A DNA stretch of 64,000 nt, taken from Candidatus Omnitrophota bacterium. GTDB taxonomy: Bacteria > Omnitrophota > Gorgyraeia > Zapsychrales > Zapsychraceae. Below, piece by piece: positions 26,415-36,141 of this stretch. Within the stretch, counting starts at the first letter, position 1. Each line of letters starts with the position of its first letter. The DNA lies in contig JAFGFL010000089.1 in NCBI GenBank assembly GCA_016931055.1, forward strand, positions 7,257 through 71,256, in the 5' to 3' direction. Below the pieces are notes generated by a model. That model was not told the DNA's origin. It saw nothing but the letters and a program-made list of their open reading frames with translations, and searched no databases. A program made the translations under genes and the position numbers.

Positions 26415-27875
26415 ATGACCTTGAGTGAACTGTTAGCCGGGATATACGACGGCGAAATCGACCCCCGTTTTAAAGAGACCGAAATCTTCTCTATCAGTTG
26501 CGATTCGCGCAAGGTCATGATGGGCGGGCTTTTTGTGGCCCTTCAAGGATTTGCACAGAATGGGGCTGATTTTATTGAGGCGGCGATTGGGAAAGGGGCT
26601 TATGCGGTAGCCACAAGCGCAGATGTTGATCGTCTGCGAAAGGAATATCATCGCGTTTGTTTTCTGAAAGTGGACAATCCCCGGGAATTCTTGCAGGGGG
26701 CAGTTTATAAGTATTTGGGAAACCCTTCCAATGACGTGCGGACGATAGGCATTACGGGAACTAACGGTAAAACCACCATTACGTATTTGATCGAGTCGAT
26801 TCTCAAGGAAGCCGGAAAAGAATGCGGCGTGGTCGGCACCGTCAATTACCGCCTGGCTGATAATGTTGTTCCGGCAAGACAAACGACACCGAGCTTCATT
26901 GATAACCAGCATTTCTTGAAGGGGCTGGCCTTGCAAAGAGTCCCGTATTGCGCAATTGAAGTTTCCTCACACGCGTTAACGCAGGGACGTGTCCATGGCA
27001 TCAATTTCAGGGGCGCCGTATTTACCAATCTGACCAATGATCATTTGGACTATCATGAAACAATCGAGAACTATTTTGCTGTTAAATCGCTCTTGTTCAC
27101 CGGATTGGCATCTGAAGCGACGGCAGTTATTAATATAGACGACCCGTATGGACGCCGGCTGTTGCCCATGACCAAGGCAAATGTTTTTACGTATGGTATA
27201 AAGAATCAAGCAGATGTTATGGCCAAGGATGTCCAGTTAGATATATCCGGCAGCCGATTGATTCTGGCCTGCCCAACTGGTGAGAGCGAGATCCAAACGC
27301 CGTTTATTGGAATTTATAATGTCTATAACATCCTTGCGGCGGCTTCCATTTGTCTTGCTGAACGTTTAGACTTAAACATCATAAAAAGGGGAATCGAGCG
27401 CCTTTCTATTGTTCCTGGACGACTAGAAAGGGTTAGTTGCGGGCAGGATTTCTCTATTTTTATTGATTATGCGCATACGCCTGACGCCCTTGAGAATGTC
27501 CTTACGGCCCTGCGCGAGGTCAGCCGGACACGTATTATTCTTGTTTTCGGTTGCGGCGGCAACCGTGACAAATCAAAAAGGGCCCTTATGGGGAATGCTG
27601 CTGACCGGTTAGCCGATTTCTCGATTGTTACGAGTGATAATCCCAGGAACGAAGATCCGCGCTCAATCATCGATCAAATCATTCCCGGATTTCATCATGA
27701 TCATTACAAAGTCATTGTGAACCGGAAAGAGGCCATTCACCACGCGCTGAAGATGGCCAAACCCGGAGACATGGTTCTTATTGCCGGAAAAGGGCATGAA
27801 AATTATCAGGTTTTCGCGGATGGCCCGGTCCATTTTAATGAACGGGAAATCATTGAGAAAATTTTCAAATGTTGA
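26415..27875 (+). CDS. murE: UDP-N-acetylmuramoyl-L-alanyl-D-glutamate--2,6-diaminopimelate ligase
   Basis: GITGTNGKTT P-loop and DNPR motif (TSDNPRNEDP), consistent with meso-DAP-type MurE. Confidence 0.93.
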   Translation: MTLSELLAGIYDGEIDPRFKETEIFSISCDSRKVMMGGLFVALQGFAQNGADFIEAAIGKGAYAVATSADVDRLRKEYHRVCFLKVDNPREFLQGAVYKYLGNPSNDVRTIGITGTNGKTTITYLIESILKEAGKECGVVGTVNYRLADNVVPARQTTPSFIDNQHFLKGLALQRVPYCAIEVSSHALTQGRVHGINFRGAVFTNLTNDHLDYHETIENYFAVKSLLFTGLASEATAVINIDDPYGRRLLPMTKANVFTYGIKNQADVMAKDVQLDISGSRLILACPTGESEIQTPFIGIYNVYNILAAASICLAERLDLNIIKRGIERLSIVPGRLERVSCGQDFSIFIDYAHTPDALENVLTALREVSRTRIILVFGCGGNRDKSKRALMGNAADRLADFSIVTSDNPRNEDPRSIIDQIIPGFHHDHYKVIVNRKEAIHHALKMAKPGDMVLIAGKGHENYQVFADGPVHFNEREIIEKIFKC

Positions 27876-29248
27876 CGATTTACGAACTTCAAAAAATTAC
27901 AAAAGGAAAAATTGACCAGGGAGACGCCGCCGCAACAGTCACGGGCGTCTCGATCAATTCGCGGATCATAAGAAGGGGAAACGTTTTTATCGCCATTAAA
28001 GGCGCACGGTTCGATGGCCATCAGTTTATCCCGAAGGCCATACGCCATGGGGCCCGTGCGGTTATTGTGTCAAAAAAGGTCAGATGTCCGCGTGATATTG
28101 CGGTTGTTCGTGTCAAAGATACGACCAAGGCCTTGGGGCAGATCGCGGCATGGCACCGCGCGCGGTTTGATATTCCCGTCATTGCCATCACAGGAAGCAC
28201 GGGGAAGACGACAACCAAAGAGATGGTTGCTTCTGTCTTGCAGAAAAAATTCAGGGTCCTGAAGAATGCCGGGACCGAGAACAATCAATTCGGAGTGCCG
28301 TTAACCCTTCTTCGATTGAAATCTTTTCATCAAGCCGCCGTCCTTGAGCTGGGGACAAATCAGCCTGGGGATATCCGTTGGCTGGCAAAGATTGCCGGGC
28401 CGACAATGGCCGTTTTTACGAATATCGGCGAGTCCCATTTAGAAAAGTTAAAATCTCCGGCTGGAGTTTTTAGGGAGAAAGCTCAACTGATCAAGTATGT
28501 GGAACCCGGAGGTGTGATCTTTGTCAACGGCGATGACAGCTACCTGGCGCCATTATCGAAGGCATCCATAAAACATAGGGCTGTCCGTTTCGGGTGCGGC
28601 CATAACGTTGATCATAAGGCAAGCCGCATCAGAATCATGGGCAACCGTTGCCTTCATTTTAAAATCCAACATCATTTGGTTAAAATCAACAGCCCTGCCG
28701 TTCACAATGTGTATAATGCATTAGCTGCAATTTCTTGTGGTCTGGCGTTCAAAATTCGTTATAATGATATCATTGTCGCGTTGAGCCGCTTTCAATTCCG
28801 GAGGGGGCGGCAAGAAATAAATAAAATCGGTCCGTTTTGGCTGATTGATGATACCTATAACGCCAATCCGGTATCGTTTACAAGCGCGATAAACACCCTG
28901 GACGCCTTGCATATCCAGGGCAAGAGGATTGTTGTTTGTGCGGACATGCTGGAATTAGGCCCGCGGTCGGCGGCATTCCATCGGGCAGCGGGAGCGATGA
29001 TCGGGCGATCCAACACGGATGTCGTTTTGACAATCGGCCGCTGTTCGCGCTTTATTACCGAAGAGGCAAAGCGATTCAAGAGCAAAATTGTTGCCCGGCA
29101 TTGCAAAGACATGAAAGATGTGCAGAGGCACCTGAAAACCTTCTGCCGTCCCGGCGATGGCATCCTCATAAAAGGGTCACGGGCCATGCATATGGAACGG
29201 GCCGTTGTCTATTTTAAGGAATATTGTCATTTGAAATTTCTCAATTGA
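27869..29248 (+). CDS. murF: UDP-N-acetylmuramoyl-tripeptide--D-alanyl-D-alanine ligase
   Basis: ITGSTGKTTTKEM P-loop and DDTYNANP motif. Confidence 0.93.
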   Translation: MLTIYELQKITKGKIDQGDAAATVTGVSINSRIIRRGNVFIAIKGARFDGHQFIPKAIRHGARAVIVSKKVRCPRDIAVVRVKDTTKALGQIAAWHRARFDIPVIAITGSTGKTTTKEMVASVLQKKFRVLKNAGTENNQFGVPLTLLRLKSFHQAAVLELGTNQPGDIRWLAKIAGPTMAVFTNIGESHLEKLKSPAGVFREKAQLIKYVEPGGVIFVNGDDSYLAPLSKASIKHRAVRFGCGHNVDHKASRIRIMGNRCLHFKIQHHLVKINSPAVHNVYNALAAISCGLAFKIRYNDIIVALSRFQFRRGRQEINKIGPFWLIDDTYNANPVSFTSAINTLDALHIQGKRIVVCADMLELGPRSAAFHRAAGAMIGRSNTDVVLTIGRCSRFITEEAKRFKSKIVARHCKDMKDVQRHLKTFCRPGDGILIKGSRAMHMERAVVYFKEYCHLKFLN

Positions 29249-29283
29249 GTCATTAAGATTCTCATTAAACTTTATTAACCCCC

Positions 29284-30369
29284 ATGTTTTATTACCTCTC
29301 TGAATTCAAACATCTCTTTTTCGGTCTCAATATTTTCCGGTATATTACCTTCCGCTCCGCCATGGCGGGCTTGACGACTTTTTTGTTTTGCGTTGTTTTC
29401 GGGCCGTTTATCATTGAAAGGCTTAAAAAAATGAAAGTCCGGGAAATTTCCAAAAGGGCTGACTGCCCGGACCTTGACCCGTTTCACGGCCCCAAAGAAG
29501 GGACTCCGACCATGGGAGGCATTTTTATTGTCGCCGGCATATTATTTTCCGTTTTCTTGTGGGCCGATTTGGGAAACCGCTATATTCTTCTGACAGCTTT
29601 CACATGCGCCTATCTTGCGGTCCTTGGGTGGTTTGATGATTATGTCAAATTAACGCAAAAAGGACGGCGCGGCCTAACCAAACGCACCAAACTGCTTTGG
29701 GAGATTGCGTTAGGGTGTTTTATCGGGAGTTATGTCTATTTTAATCCCGACACCGCCACCAAGTTGGACATCCCGTTTTTAAAGGAGTTTATCATTGATT
29801 TGAGCATATTGTATATTCCGTTTGCCGCTCTCGTGGTCATCGGCACATCGAATGCGGTCAATCTGACGGACGGACTCGATGGATTGGCGATAGGCTGCGT
29901 GCTCATCGTGAGTTTAACTTTGGCCGTCTTAAGCTATATTACAGGCCATTTGGCGTTTAGTCAGTATCTGTTTATCCCTTATATCTCTGGAGCGGGTGAG
30001 CTTGCCGTTTTCTGTTCCGCCGTGATGGGGGCCAGTCTCGGCTTTTTGTGGTTTAATTGCCATCCGGCCACTATTTTTATGGGGGACGTTGGGTCTTTAT
30101 CGCTGGGCGGGACCTTGGGCGTTATTGCCGTCCTGATCAAAAAAGAATTATTGCTGTTCATCGCTGGCGGGATTTTTGTTATGGAGGCCGTATCGGTGAT
30201 CATGCAGATCTTTTCCGTTAGGCTGCGCGGCAAAAAAATATTCAAGGTTTCCCCACTGCACCATCATCTGCAATTATCGGGATGGCATGAGTCGAAAATC
30301 ATCATCCGTTTTTGGATTATCGCGATTATCCTCGCCATGATCACGTTAATAACCTTGAAGATCAGATAA
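29284..30369 (+). CDS. mraY: phospho-N-acetylmuramoyl-pentapeptide transferase
   Basis: GTPTMGG, NAVNLTDGLDGLA, MGDVGSL and PLHHH motifs. Confidence 0.96.
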   Translation: MFYYLSEFKHLFFGLNIFRYITFRSAMAGLTTFLFCVVFGPFIIERLKKMKVREISKRADCPDLDPFHGPKEGTPTMGGIFIVAGILFSVFLWADLGNRYILLTAFTCAYLAVLGWFDDYVKLTQKGRRGLTKRTKLLWEIALGCFIGSYVYFNPDTATKLDIPFLKEFIIDLSILYIPFAALVVIGTSNAVNLTDGLDGLAIGCVLIVSLTLAVLSYITGHLAFSQYLFIPYISGAGELAVFCSAVMGASLGFLWFNCHPATIFMGDVGSLSLGGTLGVIAVLIKKELLLFIAGGIFVMEAVSVIMQIFSVRLRGKKIFKVSPLHHHLQLSGWHESKIIIRFWIIAIILAMITLITLKIR

Positions 30370-30396
30370 CGGCTTGGGGAAGAAACGGTTCATTCT

Positions 30397-31707
30397 ATGA
30401 AAATGGAAGGGAAAAAGATTGTCATCATCGGCGGCAAAAGAAGCGGGATGGCCTTGGCGCGATTAGTGGTTGCTTTGAGGGGCAAGGCAGGAATATCCGA
30501 GCAAGGGACACAAGAGGCCTTGGCCAAGGAATTCAGGGATTGGGCGGTCCATCATCATGTCGCTTTGGAATTTAACGGGCATACACGAGGTTTTGTAGAG
30601 GACGGCGATCTCATCGTATTAAGCCCTGGGGTGCGTATTGACACTCTGCCCGTTCAGTGGGCCAAAAATAAAGGGATACCGGTCTTAGGGGAGATTGAAT
30701 TCGCCGCGCAATTCTGCAGCAAACCGATTATCGCGGTCACGGGAAGCAACGGAAAAACCACGGTCTGTACGCTGATCAAGGAAGTCTTAGAGCATGCTGG
30801 ACGAAAAGCGTGCTTATGCGGAAATATCGGACACCCTTTCTCGGAGTATGTCCTTGATCTTGATCAAAAAGATTATGTGGTTTTAGAAATCAGTTCCTTT
30901 CAATTGGAATCTGTCCTTGATCCGAGCTCGACGCTAAGGACGCATCCCGACTGTGATCATAGAGTCAAGGGGTTTAAACCCCATATCGCGGTTATCTTGA
31001 ATTTCAGCCAGAACCATCTCGACCGCCATCAAGATCTCCAGGAATATTTGGGCGCGAAAAAGAGGATATTTCTGAACCAAGACAAAGATGATTTTGCCGT
31101 TCTTAATTATGGCGATCCGCAACTAAAAGCTTTAGCCTCCTGCGTTAAATCCCAGGTTGTCTATTTTAACGTTCCTTCGGATAGTCCAGAAAGCGTCAAT
31201 CCCAATCATTTAGCTGTTCTGGCGGTGGGGCGGATCCTCGGCGTCAGTGATGGATGCTGTCGGGAAGTATTTCAACGGTTTAAGGGCGTTGAGCATCGGT
31301 TGGAAAAAGTGCGCTGTCTGGACGGCATCGATTTTATCAATGATTCCAAAGCGACAACGGTCGAAGCGGCCGGGTGGGCGCTCAAGAATCTCAATCAACC
31401 GGTTGTCCTGATTTGCGGCGGGAGGGATAAAAATGTCGATTTTTCCGTATTGATCGGCCCCATACGGGAAAAAGTGAAGAAGATATATGCCATAGGAGAG
31501 GCGAGGGCGAAGATCCGCCGGGCTTTTGGGACGGTAAGCAGTTTTGAGGAATGTGAAGGATTGGAAGAGGCCGTCAACAAGGCGAGGCAAAGCGCTTCGA
31601 GAGGGGATTGCGTTCTGTTAAGCCCCATGTGCGCGAGTTTTGATATGTTTAAGGATTTTGAGCACCGTGGCCGTGTGTTTAAAGAAATTGTCAATCGGCT
31701 AAAATAA
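30397..31707 (+). CDS. murD: UDP-N-acetylmuramoylalanine--D-glutamate ligase
   Basis: VTGSNGKTT P-loop and INDSKATT motif. Confidence 0.93.
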   Translation: MKMEGKKIVIIGGKRSGMALARLVVALRGKAGISEQGTQEALAKEFRDWAVHHHVALEFNGHTRGFVEDGDLIVLSPGVRIDTLPVQWAKNKGIPVLGEIEFAAQFCSKPIIAVTGSNGKTTVCTLIKEVLEHAGRKACLCGNIGHPFSEYVLDLDQKDYVVLEISSFQLESVLDPSSTLRTHPDCDHRVKGFKPHIAVILNFSQNHLDRHQDLQEYLGAKKRIFLNQDKDDFAVLNYGDPQLKALASCVKSQVVYFNVPSDSPESVNPNHLAVLAVGRILGVSDGCCREVFQRFKGVEHRLEKVRCLDGIDFINDSKATTVEAAGWALKNLNQPVVLICGGRDKNVDFSVLIGPIREKVKKIYAIGEARAKIRRAFGTVSSFEECEGLEEAVNKARQSASRGDCVLLSPMCASFDMFKDFEHRGRVFKEIVNRLK

Positions 31708-31708
31708 T

Positions 31709-32797
31709 ATGCGCGATATTCGGATATCCATTGCAGTTGTCGTGACCCTTATGGTCAGCCTTGGGATCACGATGATCTATAGCTCAAGCGGCATATACGC
31801 CATGCAGGAACTGGGCGATAAGACATATTTCTTAAGCCGGCATTTGTTGTTTTTGTTTGTTGCTTTGTTGGCGGCTTTTGCCGTTATGGCTGTGGATTAT
31901 CGTCATTTGCAATGGGCCGCAAAGCCGCTTCTTCTTATAGCCATCGCATTGCTTGTTCTTGTTCTCGTCCCAGGGATCGGGAAATCGAGTTTTGGCGCGA
32001 GGCGCTGGTTTAAAATCGGGCCGTTTAATTTTCAGCCTTCTGAATTTGCAAAGCTAGCTGTGTTGATTTATCTTGCTGATTTTTTATCCCGGAAACAGAA
32101 TAAGATCAAAAGTTTCTGGGAAGGGTTTTTGCCCGTTATCATTATTTTGTGCGTTCTTTGTTTACTGGTCGTGAAGCAGCCGGACTTGGGCAATTCCGTG
32201 CTTATTGCGGTCATGATGCTGATCTTGATGTATACAGCTGGGGCAAGGATTCTTCATATTATGGTTCTGGCATTGATGGCTATGCCCGCCTTGTTCGTGT
32301 TGGTTGTCTGCGTCCCTTATCGGTGGAAAAGGATCATTGCCTTTATCGATCCCTGGAAGGACGCACAAGGGGTTGGTTTTCAACTGTCACAGTCTCAGAT
32401 CGCGTTAGGATCGGGGGGCACTTTTGGCGTCGGCTTGGGCAAAAGTGTCCAAAAACTCTTTTACCTTCCAGCGGCGCACACGGACTTTATCTTTTCGATT
32501 ATCGGGGAAGAATTGGGCTTGTTAGGAACGCTGGCCGTGGTTGTTCTGTTTGGGGTGTTTATTTGGCAGGGGGCACGGATTGCCAAGAGGACAACGGACC
32601 CTTTTGGCCATTTTTTGGCCTTCGGTATTGTTGTCATGATCGGGCTTCAGGCTGTTGTGAACATCGGCGTCAGCATCGGGGCCTTCCCGACGAAAGGATT
32701 GCCTCTTCCGTTCATTAGTTATGGAGGCTCAGCGCTGATTTTTAATATGATGGCGGTCGCGTTATTGCTGAATATTTCGAGGGTGCAGGATTTATAA
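31709..32797 (+). CDS. ftsW: SEDS-family peptidoglycan glycosyltransferase FtsW
   Basis: FQPSEFAKL, HTDFIFS, PTKGLPLPFISYGGS motifs. Confidence 0.93.
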   Translation: MRDIRISIAVVVTLMVSLGITMIYSSSGIYAMQELGDKTYFLSRHLLFLFVALLAAFAVMAVDYRHLQWAAKPLLLIAIALLVLVLVPGIGKSSFGARRWFKIGPFNFQPSEFAKLAVLIYLADFLSRKQNKIKSFWEGFLPVIIILCVLCLLVVKQPDLGNSVLIAVMMLILMYTAGARILHIMVLALMAMPALFVLVVCVPYRWKRIIAFIDPWKDAQGVGFQLSQSQIALGSGGTFGVGLGKSVQKLFYLPAAHTDFIFSIIGEELGLLGTLAVVVLFGVFIWQGARIAKRTTDPFGHFLAFGIVVMIGLQAVVNIGVSIGAFPTKGLPLPFISYGGSALIFNMMAVALLLNISRVQDL

Positions 32798-32880
32798 CAT
32801 GACACAAGACACAAGACACAAGACACAAGAAACGAATGAGGCAGCCCTGCGTCCCGTGTCCTGCGTCTTGTGTCTTTGTG
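32798..32880. repeat. heptad-periodic inverted repeat: (GACACAA)x4, 14-nt spacer, then about 4 complementary heptads
   Basis: GACACAAGACACAAGACACAAGACACAAGAAACG ... CGTCCCGTGTCCTGCGTCTTGTGTCTTTGTG. It starts 4 nt after the ftsW stop and ends 14 nt before the murG ATG. Confidence 0.85.
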
Positions 32881-32893
32881 GATTTCACTTGCC

Positions 32894-33964
32894 ATGAAAT
32901 TCGTTATCGCGACAGGCGGGACAGGCGGGCATCTTTTCCCTGCGCTTATGGTTTCCGCAGAACTTGAGCGCAGAGGGCATGATGTGCTCTATCTTGGATC
33001 CTTTGCGCAAAGCTGGAAACAATTACACAATAGCGGTTTTGTCTTCGAAGAAGTTGGAGCGAGAGGGTTTACCTCAAAGTCATTCAAGGAAAAAATAGTG
33101 GCTAGCGCCGCCATGATGAAGGCGATATTGATATCGTTTCGCTTATTGAAAAAAATCAAGCCTCATGCCGTCCTTGGCTTTGGGGGCTATGGCGCTTTCC
33201 CGGTTGTCTTATCGGCAGTGTTTTTGCGGTATCCGGTCTTGATCCATGAACAGAATGTTGTTCCCGGACGGGCCAACGCGATATTGGCGAATTTTGTGGA
33301 TAGAATTGCAATCAGTTTTCAAAAGGGCAGCCGGTACTTTAATCCCAGAAAAACTGTTTTGACCGGATGCCCGTGTCATCTTCCCAAGGGAGATGCCGAT
33401 CGGACTGCCATCCTCAATGAATTCCGGTTGAAGGAAGGCAAACGCACGATCCTGGTTGTCGGAGGAAGCCAGGGGAGCCAGCGCATAAACACAGTATTTA
33501 TGGAAACAGCCGGAGTATTAAAAGAAAAATTGGACTTTCAAGTCATCCACATATCCGGTCGACAGGACTACCTAAAGCTGCAAGGACAGTATAATCTATT
33601 GGGAATACCCTTTGCGTTATTTGATTTTTTAGATAAGATGGAAGAGGCTTATCATATTTCTGATCTGGTCATTTCCAGATCGGGAGCAGTTACAGTAAGT
33701 GAGATAGCCGTATTTCGGATACCGGCAATTTTTATTCCTTATCCTTATGCCCATGGGCATCAAAGAGAGAACGCCGCTGTTTTGTGTGAAGAACATATTG
33801 CTCGATTAATCGAAGATAAGGAGCTTTCAGCTTCAAAGTTGGCGGAAACTGTTTACTCTATGCTCGCTGACCGGGATTTGAACAGAATGAATAAGGAAAT
33901 TTGTTTTCCTGATGCTGTTGGTAAATTAGCTGAGGAGGCGGTTTGTTTGGCAGAGCGCAAATAA
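32894..33964 (+). CDS. murG: undecaprenyldiphospho-muramoylpentapeptide beta-N-acetylglucosaminyltransferase
   Basis: MKFVIATGGTGGHLFPAL start and GGSQGS motif. The ORF is open from 32870. Confidence 0.93.
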   Translation: MKFVIATGGTGGHLFPALMVSAELERRGHDVLYLGSFAQSWKQLHNSGFVFEEVGARGFTSKSFKEKIVASAAMMKAILISFRLLKKIKPHAVLGFGGYGAFPVVLSAVFLRYPVLIHEQNVVPGRANAILANFVDRIAISFQKGSRYFNPRKTVLTGCPCHLPKGDADRTAILNEFRLKEGKRTILVVGGSQGSQRINTVFMETAGVLKEKLDFQVIHISGRQDYLKLQGQYNLLGIPFALFDFLDKMEEAYHISDLVISRSGAVTVSEIAVFRIPAIFIPYPYAHGHQRENAAVLCEEHIARLIEDKELSASKLAETVYSMLADRDLNRMNKEICFPDAVGKLAEEAVCLAERK

Positions 33965-34734
33965 AGGCTATCCCGCTCATGCTTTTAGTTTTCGTGTTGA
34001 CGGGACTTCCCGCTTATGCGCAAAACTGGCAAGAGTTTAAACGCCAGCATTTTATCATTTATTACAAAAAAGCCCCTTATGATTTCGTTGAAACGGTTTA
34101 CGAAATGGCTGAAGAATATTACGTTGAAATTACACACAATCTAGGATTCACCCGTTATAAAGGCTGGAATTGGGAGGACCGGGCGAAGATCTATATTTAC
34201 GATAGCATGGAGGATTATGTCGAATCCGGCAAACAGGCTGGTTGGTCCGCCGGGTCGGCTTATCCGGCAGACAGGACCATCCGCACTTTTCCCTCTTCCC
34301 ATGGTTTCTTTGACTCGACATTACCGCATGAATTGGGACACATCATCTTCCGCGAATTCGTGGGATTTAAGGCGCAGATCCCGGCTTGGTTTGAGGAAGG
34401 AGTGGCGATGTATCAAGAGAAGGCTAAGCGGTGGGGGGCGCATGATGTCGTACGCAAGGCGATCGAGGATGGTACCTTTGTGCCTTTGCCAGAATTGACT
34501 ATCACAAATGTCAGTTATCGGGCCAGTGCGGATCTCGTCAACCTTTTTTACGCGGAGTCGGCCAGTATTGTGAATTTTATGATCAATGAACTGGGCGATC
34601 AGCGGTTTGTCTATTTATGCCGGAAATTAAAGGACGGCGAACCGTTTCCATGGGTCCTGGATTCGGTGTACTCGCGGCTGAAAAATATCGACGATTTGAA
34701 CGAGGCGTGGGTTAAGTATTTGAAAAATGAATAA
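33943..34734 (+). CDS. secreted HEXXH zinc metallopeptidase (peptidase MA / gluzincin-like)
   Basis: Signal peptide (LVFVLTGLPAYAQ), then HELGH followed 17 residues later by EEG (PHELGHIIFREFVGFKAQIPAWFEEGVAMYQE). Confidence 0.6.
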   Translation: MFGRAQIKAIPLMLLVFVLTGLPAYAQNWQEFKRQHFIIYYKKAPYDFVETVYEMAEEYYVEITHNLGFTRYKGWNWEDRAKIYIYDSMEDYVESGKQAGWSAGSAYPADRTIRTFPSSHGFFDSTLPHELGHIIFREFVGFKAQIPAWFEEGVAMYQEKAKRWGAHDVVRKAIEDGTFVPLPELTITNVSYRASADLVNLFYAESASIVNFMINELGDQRFVYLCRKLKDGEPFPWVLDSVYSRLKNIDDLNEAWVKYLKNE

Positions 34735-36139
34735 ACATTATCATTTTGTTGGTATCGGCGGGATAGGGGTGGGGGCGTTAGCTGCGCTATCTTTGGATAA
34801 AGGTTATCTCGTGAGCGGGTCCGATTTGCGCAGCAACCAGGTCACAGAACGGCTGAAGGCGAGAGGGGCCGAAATCTTCTTGGGCCATGCCGGGCAAAAT
34901 ATCGGGGATGCGGATTGTATTGTTTTCTCCTCAGCCATTTCCCGTGACAATCCGGAATTGATTGAGGCGCGAAGGAAGCGGATCCCGGTTGTGCAGAGAG
35001 CCAAGTTTTTGGCAGAACTCATGCAAGGGTATATCGGCATTACGGTTGCCGGGGCCCACGGGAAGACGACAACGACATCAATGGCCGCTCACCTGTTGGA
35101 AAAAGCCGGCCTGCAACCGACAACGGCGATCGGCGGGATCGTTAACGACACCTACCATCATGCCGGACTGGGAGAGGGCAAGTATTTTGTGGCGGAGGTT
35201 GACGAAAGCGACGGGTCATTTTTATATTTCAGGCCGCATTATTCGATCATCACCAATATCGACTTTGAACATGTCGATTATTACCTTAAGTGGCAAAATG
35301 TATTGGATGCTTACCGTGAGTTTATCGGGAAAACTCAGGACGGGGGTATTGTCTTGGCCTATGGCGATGATAAGCCTCTCATGAATATGTTGAAAGAAAG
35401 CGGGCGCCGATTCAGGACGTACGGATTTTCAAGGGAGAACAGTATCCACGCGGCCAATATCCAGTTTGGCGGCTTTTGTTCAACCTTTGATTGTGTCATT
35501 GATGGAAAAGACGGCGGGCAGATCTCCTTAAAGGTCCCCGGACGGGTGAATATCGCCAATGCCATGGCTTGTGTTGGATTGGGGGTTAGCCTTTCTCTCG
35601 GTCTTGATACGATTCGGGAAAGCCTGAAGAGTTATCCGGGAGTCCAACGGCGGTTTCAATTAAAACAAAAGATCGATGATATCTGGATCATTGATGATTA
35701 CGCCCATCATCCGACGGAAATCAAGGCCACCCTGGAGACAGCGCAGTTGTTCAAACACTCCGTTCAGGAAAAGGGAGCCGGGAGGCAAGCCTGCAGGCTT
35801 ATTGCGGTTTTTCAACCGCACCGTTATTCGCGGGTTAAAGGGCTGATGGATGATTTTGCGAAGAGTTTAACGGCCAGCGATCATTTAATTGTAACGGATA
35901 TTTACGCAGCCAGCGAAAAACCTATCGACGGGGTTACGGCCGAGGCATTATGCCAAAAGATCCGAGCCATTTCGAACAAGCCGGTGAGTTATATCCCGAA
36001 GGACAGAATCATTGATCATCTGCTGGCTATTGTCGAGCCCCAGGATATGGTTTTGACCTTGGGGGCCGGAGATATTACGCGTATCGCCGATGAATTTGTT
36101 AAGGCGCTTAAAAAACGGTCCGCGGCGGCGGGAGTATAA
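34727..36139 (+). CDS. murC: UDP-N-acetylmuramate--L-alanine ligase
   Basis: HFVGIGGIG Rossmann motif, GAHGKTTTTSM P-loop, DDYAHHP motif. Confidence 0.95.
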   Translation: MNKHYHFVGIGGIGVGALAALSLDKGYLVSGSDLRSNQVTERLKARGAEIFLGHAGQNIGDADCIVFSSAISRDNPELIEARRKRIPVVQRAKFLAELMQGYIGITVAGAHGKTTTTSMAAHLLEKAGLQPTTAIGGIVNDTYHHAGLGEGKYFVAEVDESDGSFLYFRPHYSIITNIDFEHVDYYLKWQNVLDAYREFIGKTQDGGIVLAYGDDKPLMNMLKESGRRFRTYGFSRENSIHAANIQFGGFCSTFDCVIDGKDGGQISLKVPGRVNIANAMACVGLGVSLSLGLDTIRESLKSYPGVQRRFQLKQKIDDIWIIDDYAHHPTEIKATLETAQLFKHSVQEKGAGRQACRLIAVFQPHRYSRVKGLMDDFAKSLTASDHLIVTDIYAASEKPIDGVTAEALCQKIRAISNKPVSYIPKDRIIDHLLAIVEPQDMVLTLGAGDITRIADEFVKALKKRSAAAGV

Positions 36140-36141
36140 TT

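Noticed and set aside
32149-32718. 189-aa alternative-frame ORF inside ftsW, and similar long shadow ORFs inside murF, pgaC, tex and dnaX.
   Set aside because: They are nested in strongly supported genes and their translations are Arg/Gly/Pro-rich, as is typical of off-frame reading of GC-rich coding DNA.
32801-32828. Tandem repeats at 32801-32828 and 61428-61465 considered as a CRISPR array or coding low-complexity region.
   Set aside because: The units are 7 nt with no spacers, far from CRISPR geometry. The ORFs through them (61288-61485 and 61370-61558, minus strand, CVLC-rich) are artefacts of the repeat.
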